Positions 1 through 8,360 of a DNA stretch of 45,960 bases are shown one piece after another; positions within the stretch are counted from its first letter, which is position 1; each line of letters opens with the position of its first letter. This DNA comes from Verrucomicrobiota bacterium (GTDB lineage Bacteria > Verrucomicrobiota > Verrucomicrobiia > Chthoniobacterales > UBA10450), in contig JBDTXE010000001.1 of the NCBI GenBank assembly GCA_040006335.1, forward strand, positions 1-45,960. The letters are read 5' to 3'. The position numbers and the translations under genes were made by a program. A model generated the notes under the pieces. It worked only from the letters and a program-made list of their open reading frames with translations, ran no database searches and was not told where the DNA came from.

Positions 1-456
1 CAGGTCGCGAGCAAGATCGACAGCCGTGTGATTCTGGACGAAAACGGCGCCGACCGTCTTCTCGGCCAGGGCGATATGCTTTATCTGCCGCCCAGCACCT
101 CGCGCCTGGTGCGGGCGCAGGGTGTTCTCGTGACCGACGACGAGATCAAGCGGTTGGTGGATTTCGTCTCCGCCCAGAGCCCTCCCTCCTTCGACGCCGC
201 GGTGCAGGAAAAAATGCAATCGGGCGCGGCCCCTGCTGACGATGTCACAGAGGAGGACGAAGAGCTGGTGGAAAAATGCCTCGAAATCATTCGTCAGGAA
301 AAACGCGCTTCGACGTCGCTCTTGCAGCGGCGCCTGCGTCTGGGCTACACCCGTGCCGCGCGGGTCGTTGATATTCTGGAGCAACGCGGTATTCTGGGGC
401 CCGGCGAAGGCGCGAAGCCGCGCGAGATTCTGGTCGACCTCGACGCCGCGGTTTGA
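1..456 (+). CDS. ftsK: DNA translocase FtsK/SpoIIIE, C-terminal fragment (5' end outside window)
   Basis: Frame 1 is open from base 1 (QVASKIDSRVILDENGADRLLGQGDMLYLP...). The C-terminus has a winged-helix gamma-domain pattern (IIRQEKRASTSLLQRRLRLGYTRAARVVDILEQRGILGP). Stop TGA at 454-456. Confidence 0.85.
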   Translation, partial: QVASKIDSRVILDENGADRLLGQGDMLYLPPSTSRLVRAQGVLVTDDEIKRLVDFVSAQSPPSFDAAVQEKMQSGAAPADDVTEEDEELVEKCLEIIRQEKRASTSLLQRRLRLGYTRAARVVDILEQRGILGPGEGAKPREILVDLDAAV

Positions 457-476
457 TCGCCACCGGCAGTGATAAA

Positions 477-1475
477 ATGTCCATCGACGGACTTGGCCGC
501 CAATTCCAGCAAGCGCGTAACGCCCGCGGTCTCACCCTGGACGAGGCCGCCCGTCTAACTAAAATTAGACAATCGCGCCTGGCCGAGATCGAGGCGGACG
601 ATTTTTCCAACTTCCCCAGCCTCGCCTACGCAAAGGGCTTTCTCCAGATCTACGGGAAGTTTCTCAACGTGGACGTCGCGCCCTACCTCGAAGCCTTTGA
701 GACCTCCGGGCATCTCACCATCGACGGCTATTCCTATTTGCAAGACCACCCCGTGGCCAAGCCGGCACGGACGTCGACGGCGCCGCGACAAACTTCCAGT
801 TCGCGCACGTCGCTCACGCCGTTGATCGTTGGCGTTATCGTCCTGGTCGGCGGTCTTTGGTTCGTCCGTCTCATGCTCAACGTCCAGCGCATCGCGCCCA
901 AGCCAGCCAACGCCGCTGTCACTGCCATCAGTCCTTCGTCGCAGAGTCCGACCTTGCTGCCGATGGCGGCTCCGACCGCTGCGCCCATTCGGCGAGCGTT
1001 GCCCGTAGATTCTTCGGCGACCACGGTATCTATACCTTCACCCACGGCCACGGCCGACCAGCGGATAAGCATTTTTTCCAGCCAGGGCACGCCGGCGACG
1101 AATCGTGAAACGCCCATTCCGGGAGAGCGCCTGACAGCGGCCACGCCACCCTCGGTTACACCTTCGCCGACTGAACCCGAGATACGTCGCGCGCAACCGG
1201 TTAGCGCCGCCGAATTGGCAGCTCTCAGGGGCAGCGCCACCCCTGGAAGCGTGAACCGCATCGATATTCTCCCTCTGCGAAAGACCTACGTCCAGGTCAC
1301 GGTGGACGATGATCCCCGACAGCCCGCCTTCGAGCGCTGGATTTCGCCGGCGGATGGCGCGGTGCAGTTCCGCGGTCGCCACGTCAGGGTGCGCGTGCTC
1401 GATCGGGGCGCAGTCCAAATTTTGAAGAACGGCAGGATCGTCGCGCAAAGCGACGCCGATTTGCGTATCGACTAA
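477..1475 (+). CDS. rodZ: RodZ-like cytoskeleton/shape protein (XRE-type HTH, single TM, Pro/Ser/Thr-rich linker, DUF4115-like C-terminus)
   Basis: HTH segment is GLTLDEAARLTKIRQSRLAEIE. It is followed by FPSLAYAKGFLQIYGKFLNVD, a TM helix (LTPLIVGVIVLVGGLWFVRLML), a low-complexity linker and a C-terminal beta-rich block (YVQVTVDDD...VRVRVLDRGAVQILKNGRIV). I prefer the ATG at 477 to the TTG at 453, which overlaps the ftsK stop. Confidence 0.6.
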   Translation: MSIDGLGRQFQQARNARGLTLDEAARLTKIRQSRLAEIEADDFSNFPSLAYAKGFLQIYGKFLNVDVAPYLEAFETSGHLTIDGYSYLQDHPVAKPARTSTAPRQTSSSRTSLTPLIVGVIVLVGGLWFVRLMLNVQRIAPKPANAAVTAISPSSQSPTLLPMAAPTAAPIRRALPVDSSATTVSIPSPTATADQRISIFSSQGTPATNRETPIPGERLTAATPPSVTPSPTEPEIRRAQPVSAAELAALRGSATPGSVNRIDILPLRKTYVQVTVDDDPRQPAFERWISPADGAVQFRGRHVRVRVLDRGAVQILKNGRIVAQSDADLRID

Positions 1476-2921
1476 GTGTTGAAACCAACGTCAGCGGTGC
1501 CGGAGCGCGCCGACCCGGAGCCCAACTCCACGCCCAGATCTCCGACCCGCGTTGGCATGATCAGCCTGGGCTGCGCGAAAAATTTGGTCGATGCCGAAGT
1601 CATGCTCGGCAGCGTGCTCGCACGCGGGATGGAAATCGTCTCGGATGCCGGCGAAGCCGACGTGGTGGTGGTGAACACCTGCGCCTTTATCGATTCCGCG
1701 AAGGAAGAATCGATCGACGCCATCTTGCAGGCCCATCAGCAACGCGGCCTAACAAGAAATGGCAATCAAAAATTGATTGTCAGTGGCTGCATGTCTCAGC
1801 GTTTTTCCGCCGAACTGCGGGAGCAGTTGCCCGAAGTCGACGCTTTCATCGGCCTCGATCAGGTGCAGGAACTCGGCGCCATCGTCGAGCTAGTGATGGG
1901 GCAAGATTTCATCTTGCCGTCCGCGACTGACGCCAGTCCCAAACTTGCGCCACTTCTCGTTACCTCGCGCTCGACCTACATCCCGGATTACGATACTCCG
2001 CGCTTTCGGCTGACCCCGTCGCACAGCGCCTACCTCAAGATTGCGGAAGGTTGCAATCATCCCTGCAGCTTTTGCGTCATTCCGCAGATGCGCGGGCGTC
2101 ACCGTAGCCGCACGCCCGCCTCGGTCGTGGCCGAAGTCCGCGCCCTCGTCACCGAGGGCGTGCGCGAGATCAATCTCATCAGTCAGGACACCACTTATTA
2201 CGGGATGGATCTTTGGGCGGAAAAGGCCGGCCCGCGCCAGCCGGTTGATTCCTCGCGTGGCCCAACCCTGAGCGCGCTCCTGCGCGAGATCGAAGAGGTG
2301 GAAGGCGAGTTCTGGGTGCGACTGCTTTACACCCATCCCGCGCATTGGAGCGATGAGCTCATCGCCACCATCGCGCATTGCCGCCACGTCGCGCGCTACA
2401 TCGACATGCCGCTGCAACACATCGCGGAGCCCATGCTCGACCGCATGCGGCGGGAAACGAGCCGCGCGCACATTGAGAATTTGATCCAGCGTCTGCGCGC
2501 GGGCATCCCAGGCGTAGCGCTGCGGACCACTTTTATTGTTGGTTTTCCGGGTGAAACGGAGGCGGATTTCGAAACATTGCTGGACTTCATAGGCGACACC
2601 CGTTTTGAGCGCCTCGGCGTCTTTAAATACTCGCAGGAGGAAGGTTCGCGCGCGGCCAAAATGCCCGGGCAGATTCCGGCACGGCTCAAGAATGAACGGC
2701 ATCGCCGCGCCATGCTATTGCAGCAGAAGATCGCGCATGAGATCGCGATGGCGAAGGTTGGCGAGGAAATGACCATGCTGGTGGATACGCCCAACAGCGC
2801 CCGCACCGACGCAGACGCACCCGACGTCGATACCAGAGTTATCCTTACCGCACCGGCCCCGGTGGGGGAGTTTATCCGACGGCCCATCCGCGGAACGCGC
2901 GGTTACGATCTTCTGGCGTAG
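1476..2921 (+). CDS. rimO: Ribosomal protein S12 methylthiotransferase RimO (radical SAM, MTTase N-domain plus TRAM)
   Basis: SLGCAKNLVDAEVMLG and NTCAFIDSAKEESI match the MTTase N-domain. The radical-SAM Cys triad is CNHPCSFCVIP. The start is uncertain: GTG at 1476 or ATG at 1557 (MISLGC). Confidence 0.85.
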   Translation: MLKPTSAVPERADPEPNSTPRSPTRVGMISLGCAKNLVDAEVMLGSVLARGMEIVSDAGEADVVVVNTCAFIDSAKEESIDAILQAHQQRGLTRNGNQKLIVSGCMSQRFSAELREQLPEVDAFIGLDQVQELGAIVELVMGQDFILPSATDASPKLAPLLVTSRSTYIPDYDTPRFRLTPSHSAYLKIAEGCNHPCSFCVIPQMRGRHRSRTPASVVAEVRALVTEGVREINLISQDTTYYGMDLWAEKAGPRQPVDSSRGPTLSALLREIEEVEGEFWVRLLYTHPAHWSDELIATIAHCRHVARYIDMPLQHIAEPMLDRMRRETSRAHIENLIQRLRAGIPGVALRTTFIVGFPGETEADFETLLDFIGDTRFERLGVFKYSQEEGSRAAKMPGQIPARLKNERHRRAMLLQQKIAHEIAMAKVGEEMTMLVDTPNSARTDADAPDVDTRVILTAPAPVGEFIRRPIRGTRGYDLLA

Positions 2922-2973
2922 AACCCTGCTGCGGAAGATTTGGGCAGTGACAACCTGCTCATGTTTTGCCAAA

Positions 2974-3579
2974 ATGAGCACTCCATCCCGGAGCGCCATG
3001 GCCGAACCGAACGAACCGAAAAAAGAGACCGTCCGCATCGCCGTTCCCCCGCCTGCTTCGACCGAAATTAGCGGGAAAGACACCGTTCCCATCGTGGGCG
3101 TGCCGATCAATCCGCCGCCACCGCGGACGCCGGCTCCGATCCCGCAGCCTCCAACCGCGAGACCTCCTATTCCTCCGCCCCCATCAAATCCCGCGCCGCT
3201 GGTCGGGAGCATCATTCCGCCGCCGCCGCCCGCCATCCCACGTCCTCCCCTCCCCAGACCGCCGGGCCCCATCACCGCCGCGCGGCCCGCAACGGAACCG
3301 ATCAGCCAGCCAAAAAAAGAGACCGCGCGCATCGGCACTTCGCGGATCGAAACCTCCCGCATCAATCTTGCGCCCGACCCGCCCAGGCCGCCGAGCATGA
3401 GCAAGACTCAGCCCCTCATCACGATGACGGATCGCCTGCCCGGGCCGGACGCGCCGATCACCGTCGCATCGGTGGAAGACATCCGCCCGGCCAGCGCCAT
3501 CCCGCTCGGTCTTTGCTGGGCCTTGCTCGCAATTTCAGCCATCACTTTGCTCGTCGAGATTTGGAACTATATTTCGTAA
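2974..3579 (+). CDS. Proline-rich tail-anchored membrane protein, unknown function
   Basis: The ORF has a long PPPP-type low-complexity core and two copies of PKKET[VA]RI. A C-terminal TM helix (LGLCWALLAISAITLLVEIW) is present. The stop TAA overlaps the trxA ATG (TAATG at 3577-3581). Alternative starts are 2947 (GTG) and 2998 (ATG). Confidence 0.5.
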   Translation: MSTPSRSAMAEPNEPKKETVRIAVPPPASTEISGKDTVPIVGVPINPPPPRTPAPIPQPPTARPPIPPPPSNPAPLVGSIIPPPPPAIPRPPLPRPPGPITAARPATEPISQPKKETARIGTSRIETSRINLAPDPPRPPSMSKTQPLITMTDRLPGPDAPITVASVEDIRPASAIPLGLCWALLAISAITLLVEIWNYIS

Positions 3580-3902
3580 TGGAAAACGCCATTACGCTGA
3601 CGGAATCGAATTTCGACCAGGAGATCAACCAGAGCGACAAGCCGGTGCTGGTCGACTTTTGGGCCGAATGGTGTGGCCCGTGCAAACTGATTGCCCCCAT
3701 GATCGACGAGATCGCGCGCGAGAAGGGCGATTCCCTCAAAGTGGCCAAGGTCAACATCGACGACAACCAGAGCCTCTCCCTCAAGTTCAATATTCGCGCC
3801 ATCCCCACCCTCCTTCTTTTTAAAAACGGCCAGGTGCGCGACCAGGTCACCGGCATGACGAGCAAAAAAGACCTGCTCGGCCGCATCGAAGCCCTCGCCT
3901 GA
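3579..3902 (+). CDS. trxA: Thioredoxin
   Basis: VLVDFWAEWCGPCKLIAP contains the WCGPC active site. The length is 107 aa and the C-terminal half is typical (IRAIPTLLLFKNGQ). Confidence 0.92.
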   Translation: MENAITLTESNFDQEINQSDKPVLVDFWAEWCGPCKLIAPMIDEIAREKGDSLKVAKVNIDDNQSLSLKFNIRAIPTLLLFKNGQVRDQVTGMTSKKDLLGRIEALA

Positions 3903-3932
3903 CATTACGAGGTCCCATCGGTGCGTCCAGCG

Positions 3933-4006
3933 TGCGCCCGGCGCGGCTCGAACGCGCAACCTTCAGCTTCGGAGGCTGACGCTCTATCCAGTTGAGCTAC
4001 GGGCGC
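3933..4006 (-). tRNA. tRNA-Arg (anticodon CCG)
   Basis: The reverse complement folds by eye into a 74-nt cloverleaf: GCGCCCG TA GCTC AACTGGATA GAGC G TCAGC CTCCGAA GCTGA AGGTT GCGCG TTCGAGC CGCGC CGGGCGC A. The 7-bp acceptor, TTCGA T-loop and anticodon loop CT-CCG-AA are all present. CCA is not encoded. Confidence 0.9.
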
Positions 4007-4103
4007 TAATGAGGAGACGGAGTATATCTCCCATCCCGCGGACCACAACCGGCCACAATAGGCGGCAGACCGAGAGCGGATCCCGACGCTTGGGGGTTGC
4101 GTT

Positions 4104-4134
4104 GCGGGCGCATCTGCGGAGATTGAACGCCCGC
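4104..4134 (+). promoter_or_regulatory. Hairpin in the rplS 5' leader (GCGGGCG-N17-CGCCCGC), function unknown
   Basis: A 7-bp perfect GC stem at 4104-4110 / 4128-4134 lies about 17 nt upstream of the rplS ATG. It sits directly before a purine-rich AAAAGGGGAG stretch. Confidence 0.2.
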
Positions 4135-4150
4135 CAAAAGGGGAGCCGCT

Positions 4151-4492
4151 ATGAACCATCTCATCCACGCGATCGAAAAGGAACAGTTCAAGACCGACGT
4201 CACGAAATTCAAGGTGGGCGATGGCATCCGGGTGCACACCCGGGTGGTGGAAGGTGATAAAGAGCGCATTCAAATCTTTGCCGGAATCGTCATCGGCCGC
4301 AAAGGGCGCGGCTTGAACCAGAACTTCACCGTCCGCCGCATCTCCTACGGCGAAGGAGTGGAGCGAGTTTTCCCGCTGCACTCCCCGCGGATCGCGAAGG
4401 TGGAAGTGGAAAAAGTGGGACGGGCGCGCCGCGCCAAGCTGAATTACCTGCGCGGCCGTAAAGGCAAGGAAGCGACCGCCGTCCGCGAATAG
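4151..4492 (+). CDS. rplS: 50S ribosomal protein L19
   Basis: [60 protein letters not shown] is a full-length L19 signature. Length is 113 aa. Confidence 0.95.
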   Translation: MNHLIHAIEKEQFKTDVTKFKVGDGIRVHTRVVEGDKERIQIFAGIVIGRKGRGLNQNFTVRRISYGEGVERVFPLHSPRIAKVEVEKVGRARRAKLNYLRGRKGKEATAVRE

Positions 4493-4610
4493 GCTTCGCC
4501 GTTTTCGCGAACTTCGCGGCACTTCCTTTCGGGTCGAGCGGATTGTCATTCCGTCGACCTAAGAATAAAAATCTGCGGCAACCTGGGAAATTTGTGGATA
4601 CAATCCCGCC

Positions 4611-5246
4611 GTGGGGCGCCGCTGCGGATTCCGTTACGAAAATAAACTGCGCGCACTTGGTCTCGCCCGCATCGCGGGCATCGACGAAGCGGGGCGGGGT
4701 GCTCTCGCCGGTCCGGTCGTGGCTGCCGCCGTCATCCTCCCAGCAAAATTCCGCCACAAAAAACTCAAGGATTCGAAGCAGCTTCTGCCCGAGCGGCGCC
4801 AGCAAATCTACGACGAGCTGGTAGGAGGCGGCGACATGTGCTGGGCCGTCGGGATCGTCGATTCCGTGGAAGTGGACGAGATTAATATCCTGCGGGCGAC
4901 GCACAAAGCGATGCGCTTGGCCCTGGCCGCTTTGGACGCAACGCCGGATCATGTCCTCATCGATGGCCTCCCGGTTTTTCCGTTTCCCTTGCCGCAAACG
5001 GCTATCGTTGAGGGTGACTGCCTCAGTCTCAGCATCGCGGCCGCCAGCGTCATCGCCAAAGTCACGCGCGATCAATTAATGCGTGAATTTTGCGCGCGCT
5101 TTCCGGAGTATTGCTTCAGTCAGCACAAGGGCTATGGCACCGAGCTGCACCTGATCCGCTTGCACCAACATGGCCCTTGCCCAATCCATCGCCGCTCTTT
5201 CGAGCCGGTGGCGCAACCGCTTCTCGCGTTCGAAGGCGTTATCTGA
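4611..5246 (+). CDS. rnhB: Ribonuclease HII
   Basis: IAGIDEAGRGALAGPVVAAAVIL is the catalytic DEAGRG motif. Later blocks are DSKQL and SIAAASVIAKVTRD. GTG start. Confidence 0.9.
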   Translation: MGRRCGFRYENKLRALGLARIAGIDEAGRGALAGPVVAAAVILPAKFRHKKLKDSKQLLPERRQQIYDELVGGGDMCWAVGIVDSVEVDEINILRATHKAMRLALAALDATPDHVLIDGLPVFPFPLPQTAIVEGDCLSLSIAAASVIAKVTRDQLMREFCARFPEYCFSQHKGYGTELHLIRLHQHGPCPIHRRSFEPVAQPLLAFEGVI

Positions 5247-5622
5247 GCATCTCCAGCTCGGCGCGCGCGGGGAGGAGCTGGCCTGCCGCGACTTGCGGCG
5301 CCACGGTTACAAGGTTCTTTATCGAAACTTCCGCGGCCGGCGTGGCGGTGAGGTGGATATTGTCTGTCGGGACGGGGATACGCTTGTTTTTGCTGAAGTA
5401 AAAACCCGCACGGGCGAAGACTATGGGCGACCAGTGGACGCAGTTAATCTGGCGAAGCAGAAGCTTATTGCGCGAGGGGCACTGGCTTGGCTGCAACTAC
5501 TAGACAATCCCGATATCCTGGTGCGTTTCGACGTCGTGGAGGTTGTCATGAGCCCGGGCCGCGAGGCGACAATTCGAGTTCTACAGAACGTTTTCCAACT
5601 TCCCGCGCCGTACCTTTACTAG
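5170..5622 (+). CDS. yraN: YraN-family (UPF0102) endonuclease-like protein
   Basis: GARGEELACRDLRRHGYKVLYRNFRGRRGGEVDIVCRDGDTLVFAEVKTR matches the YraN pattern. The ATG at 5170 is the only canonical in-frame start I could find. It gives a 77-nt overlap with rnhB. Confidence 0.8.
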   Translation: MALAQSIAALSSRWRNRFSRSKALSEHLQLGARGEELACRDLRRHGYKVLYRNFRGRRGGEVDIVCRDGDTLVFAEVKTRTGEDYGRPVDAVNLAKQKLIARGALAWLQLLDNPDILVRFDVVEVVMSPGREATIRVLQNVFQLPAPYLY

Positions 5623-5661
5623 TGCGCGTTCGACCATCTCTTGCAGCTTTGCTCTTACCGT

Positions 5662-6627
5662 TCAATGGGGCCAAAGCTCGAGCCCATGGATGCAATTCCG
5701 AATATCCTTCGATAAATTGATGCTGCAGACGAGCCGCCGCTCCGACCTGCTATAAACCGAGATGGTTGAAGGGGACGAACCTCCGATCAGAAGGTCACCA
5801 TGCGCGATGAGACCTCGAGCAAAGCCCTGACGAGCATGGTCGAGTGGAATGTTGGTATGGGTGAGCTCGGCAGCATCAAAAGGGGGCACCTCGAAAGCAA
5901 GGATAGGCTGCGCCTGCAGATCAGCGACCACGATGCGACTATTGGCGGTATCGTTGAAGACGACTCCATCGCCGTGGATCGCGGCGTTATGGGTCCCGCG
6001 AGGCAGCACCGCGCAGGGGGAGATGGCATCATCGCGAATCTCCAGCAAAGCATCGATCTTCGTGCCGGAGACCATGATGGCCGAATTGTGATAACTAACG
6101 TTGTTTAGATGCAGGTTACTACCGCTCTCGTTAAACTGCGGGCCACCCGATGAGCTCGCATCAAATACTCGGACGTCATACTCATCGCGTGCGAGTAGCT
6201 TACCCAGCGCCCGAGCTATTCCCTCTTTCCGCGTGATCTGATACCCTTTCCGAAAGGAGCTACGCTGAATATCGAACTCCAGAATAGAGTTCAGTCCGGT
6301 GGAAGTAAGATACAAAGTTTTGTCCTTGAGATAAACCTCATGGCAATGCTTCAGGTATGGATTACGAAATGAGTCGGTCAGGAGGAAGTTTGGATCGAAA
6401 ACGAAAATCTCGTCGCTGGCCGCGAGATATACTTTTTCGCCCGAGACGCCGATACCGCGCAAACCGCGATCGGCACCTCGCCCTTCCCAGTTGATCAGTG
6501 GGTCGTTCCAATCAATTACCTGCTCAAACTCGCCTGTCGCGAGATCGACCAGGTAAACCCCGCCGTGGCTTTCCCCTTGCTGGCTCGAACGCACCACGGA
6601 AGTGGCAATGACTCGCGGTAAATCCAT
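5662..6627 (-). CDS. Hypothetical protein, probable beta-propeller fold (distant DUF4915/TIGR03032-like resemblance, unverified)
   Basis: The 321-aa ORF has no long competing ORF on the other strand. It shows repeated strand-turn blocks (GGVYLVD, EKVYLAASDEIFVFD, KTLYLTSTGLNSILEFD, NSAIMVSG, GVVFNDTANSRIVVADL, GDLLIGGSS). No signal peptide or TM is evident. It is markedly more AT-rich than its neighbours. Confidence 0.55.
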   Translation of the reverse strand: MDLPRVIATSVVRSSQQGESHGGVYLVDLATGEFEQVIDWNDPLINWEGRGADRGLRGIGVSGEKVYLAASDEIFVFDPNFLLTDSFRNPYLKHCHEVYLKDKTLYLTSTGLNSILEFDIQRSSFRKGYQITRKEGIARALGKLLARDEYDVRVFDASSSGGPQFNESGSNLHLNNVSYHNSAIMVSGTKIDALLEIRDDAISPCAVLPRGTHNAAIHGDGVVFNDTANSRIVVADLQAQPILAFEVPPFDAAELTHTNIPLDHARQGFARGLIAHGDLLIGGSSPSTISVYSRSERRLVCSINLSKDIRNCIHGLELWPH

Positions 6628-6703
6628 GGCTACGATCGCAGGCGGCGGGACATCATGAAGCGGTGACTTTTCTTCCTCAGGTTAAATTCAACGCGTTCTC
6701 GGA

Positions 6704-8335
6704 CTACGGCATCTTGCGGTAGAGTTCAACGACCGCGCCAGGCGTGTCTTCAAAGGTTGAAAATTTCTTCCATGGCTTGGACGGAACAAACGCGTCCGGC
6801 TTGACCACCCGCGCACCGGCATGGCGGCGATCGGTCCAACGGAGATAGCAGAGGGCGCCGCAAGTATTCAACTGTTCGTCGAACTTGGAAAGAGTCTCTG
6901 CCTTGGGGCTTCCGAGGTAGGACGCAACCTGGCCGGCAGCGTAAGCGAGGTAGAGCCCGTCATGCCATCGATTGCATGCCATCGGGGTGGAGACGGCGCT
7001 CATCTGTTGAATTTTCGTGGCGAGATCTCGAAAATGAGGAAGGGCGACGGATTGAGGATGAACCGCAGCGACCTGCCAAAGGCGGAACCCGTCTTGCAGG
7101 GCAAAAGGGAAAATCAGGATGATAGCAACGCGGGAACCTAGTTTCGAGACTGCGGAGCAAGACAGGAAACTTAGTCCGATTACACAGCACAACGGGACGA
7201 GGAAGGGCTCGAGATAACGCGGCTGGACTTGCACCAGAAGGTATCCACCAAGGTAAACCAATCCGGTCGCACTCAACCAAAGTAGGCGCGATTGATCGAG
7301 GGCCGGCTGCGTTGCACCTTCTGGCGGTCCTTGCCTCCAATAAATAAACAGTGAAACAACCAAAAACGAAAGCCAGCCGCTCATGGCAGAGAGGAAGTCC
7401 ACTGAGTTCTTTAGCAACAAGGCCAGCTGATGCTGGAAATGTGCGCCGTCTTGAAGAGGAGACCAGTCCGGGCCGAGTTTCGGATCGACGATATAGTCCG
7501 CGACGAGACCCGGCTTCCAAAGCAAATCTTGTCCATAAACGTCCGGCGCAAGATTCGCGTGATTGGACGAGCCCGCAGAGGAGATGGTGAAACTGCGATA
7601 GTGTCTGCTCAAAGTTCCGATCCAAGGGCCGGCGACCATCAGCAGGCCGGCAAGCGCGCCCGCCACGGCGCGGAGAGGAGTGCGCCGGAAAGCCAGAGTA
7701 GCGATCAAGTGAACTAAAACGAACGGCAGCAAATAAGCCTTGCTGAGAAATGCAAAACCGGCCGCTACCCCCGCGCCGACCGATCGCGCGGGCACACTCC
7801 CAGCCGTCAACGTCAAGTATACGAATAGAAAGAACGCGGCGATCAAGTCAGGATCAAGTAGATAGGTGGACCAGAGGGTAGCCTGAAGGACAGCCGCGGC
7901 TAACATTCCACCCCTAGTAAAACGCGACTCGGTTCGCCAGATGCGGGCGGAGAATTTACTTACCGCGACGATGTAGGCGGCCCCGAATAGGACCAGGACA
8001 AGGCGACCGGCGAGTGGATCGGGAACGCCAAGCGCAAGCCATGGCATCAGCAACCAGGAAAAGAGTGGTGACCAAGCCGCGGAAATAGCAGCGGGTGACC
8101 CCGCCAAATAGCGATGCGCGATCGTAGCGTAGGCCACGAAATCTGCGTTGATGTAGTCGCGTTGTGCGAAGGAAAAGAATCCTGCGGCCAAAGCGTAGAC
8201 CAGGAGGGAAAGCGGAAGGATTCGATCGCCGCCCGAGCCCGAGGAAAGCGCTTGATGGATTAAGCTCGCGGGCGCCGGACTAATGCGCTGCGAGCCGGGG
8301 ACGGGCGCGCTCTTCCTGATCCAATCGAGAGACAC
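6704..8335 (-). CDS. Polytopic membrane protein, GT-C-fold glycosyltransferase-like (PMT_2/ArnT-like), with a soluble C-terminal domain of about 130 aa
   Basis: The 543-aa ORF has about 10 or more hydrophobic helices (LLVYALAAGFFSF, LFSWLLMPWLALG, LVLVLFGAAYIVAV, GFAFLSKAYLLPFVLVHLIATLAF and others). Its N-terminal loop (RDYINADFVAYATIAHRYL) is typical of undecaprenyl- or dolichyl-phosphate-sugar-dependent transferases. Confidence 0.55.
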   Translation of the reverse strand: MSLDWIRKSAPVPGSQRISPAPASLIHQALSSGSGGDRILPLSLLVYALAAGFFSFAQRDYINADFVAYATIAHRYLAGSPAAISAAWSPLFSWLLMPWLALGVPDPLAGRLVLVLFGAAYIVAVSKFSARIWRTESRFTRGGMLAAAVLQATLWSTYLLDPDLIAAFFLFVYLTLTAGSVPARSVGAGVAAGFAFLSKAYLLPFVLVHLIATLAFRRTPLRAVAGALAGLLMVAGPWIGTLSRHYRSFTISSAGSSNHANLAPDVYGQDLLWKPGLVADYIVDPKLGPDWSPLQDGAHFQHQLALLLKNSVDFLSAMSGWLSFLVVSLFIYWRQGPPEGATQPALDQSRLLWLSATGLVYLGGYLLVQVQPRYLEPFLVPLCCVIGLSFLSCSAVSKLGSRVAIILIFPFALQDGFRLWQVAAVHPQSVALPHFRDLATKIQQMSAVSTPMACNRWHDGLYLAYAAGQVASYLGSPKAETLSKFDEQLNTCGALCYLRWTDRRHAGARVVKPDAFVPSKPWKKFSTFEDTPGAVVELYRKMP

Positions 8336-8360
8336 AGAGAGAGGACTTATCTCATGCGAG

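Noticed and set aside
2715-3404. A 229-aa Gly-rich ORF on the minus strand.
   Set aside because: It is the mirror image of the Pro-rich coding region (CCN codons read as GGN on the opposite strand). The sense ORF has a TM anchor and translational coupling to trxA, so the antisense frame is most likely an artefact.
3933-4006. tRNA-Arg as a possible genomic-island integration site.
   Set aside because: There is no integrase, direct repeat of the tRNA 3' end or foreign-looking genes next to it. Both flanks (trxA, rplS) are core housekeeping genes.
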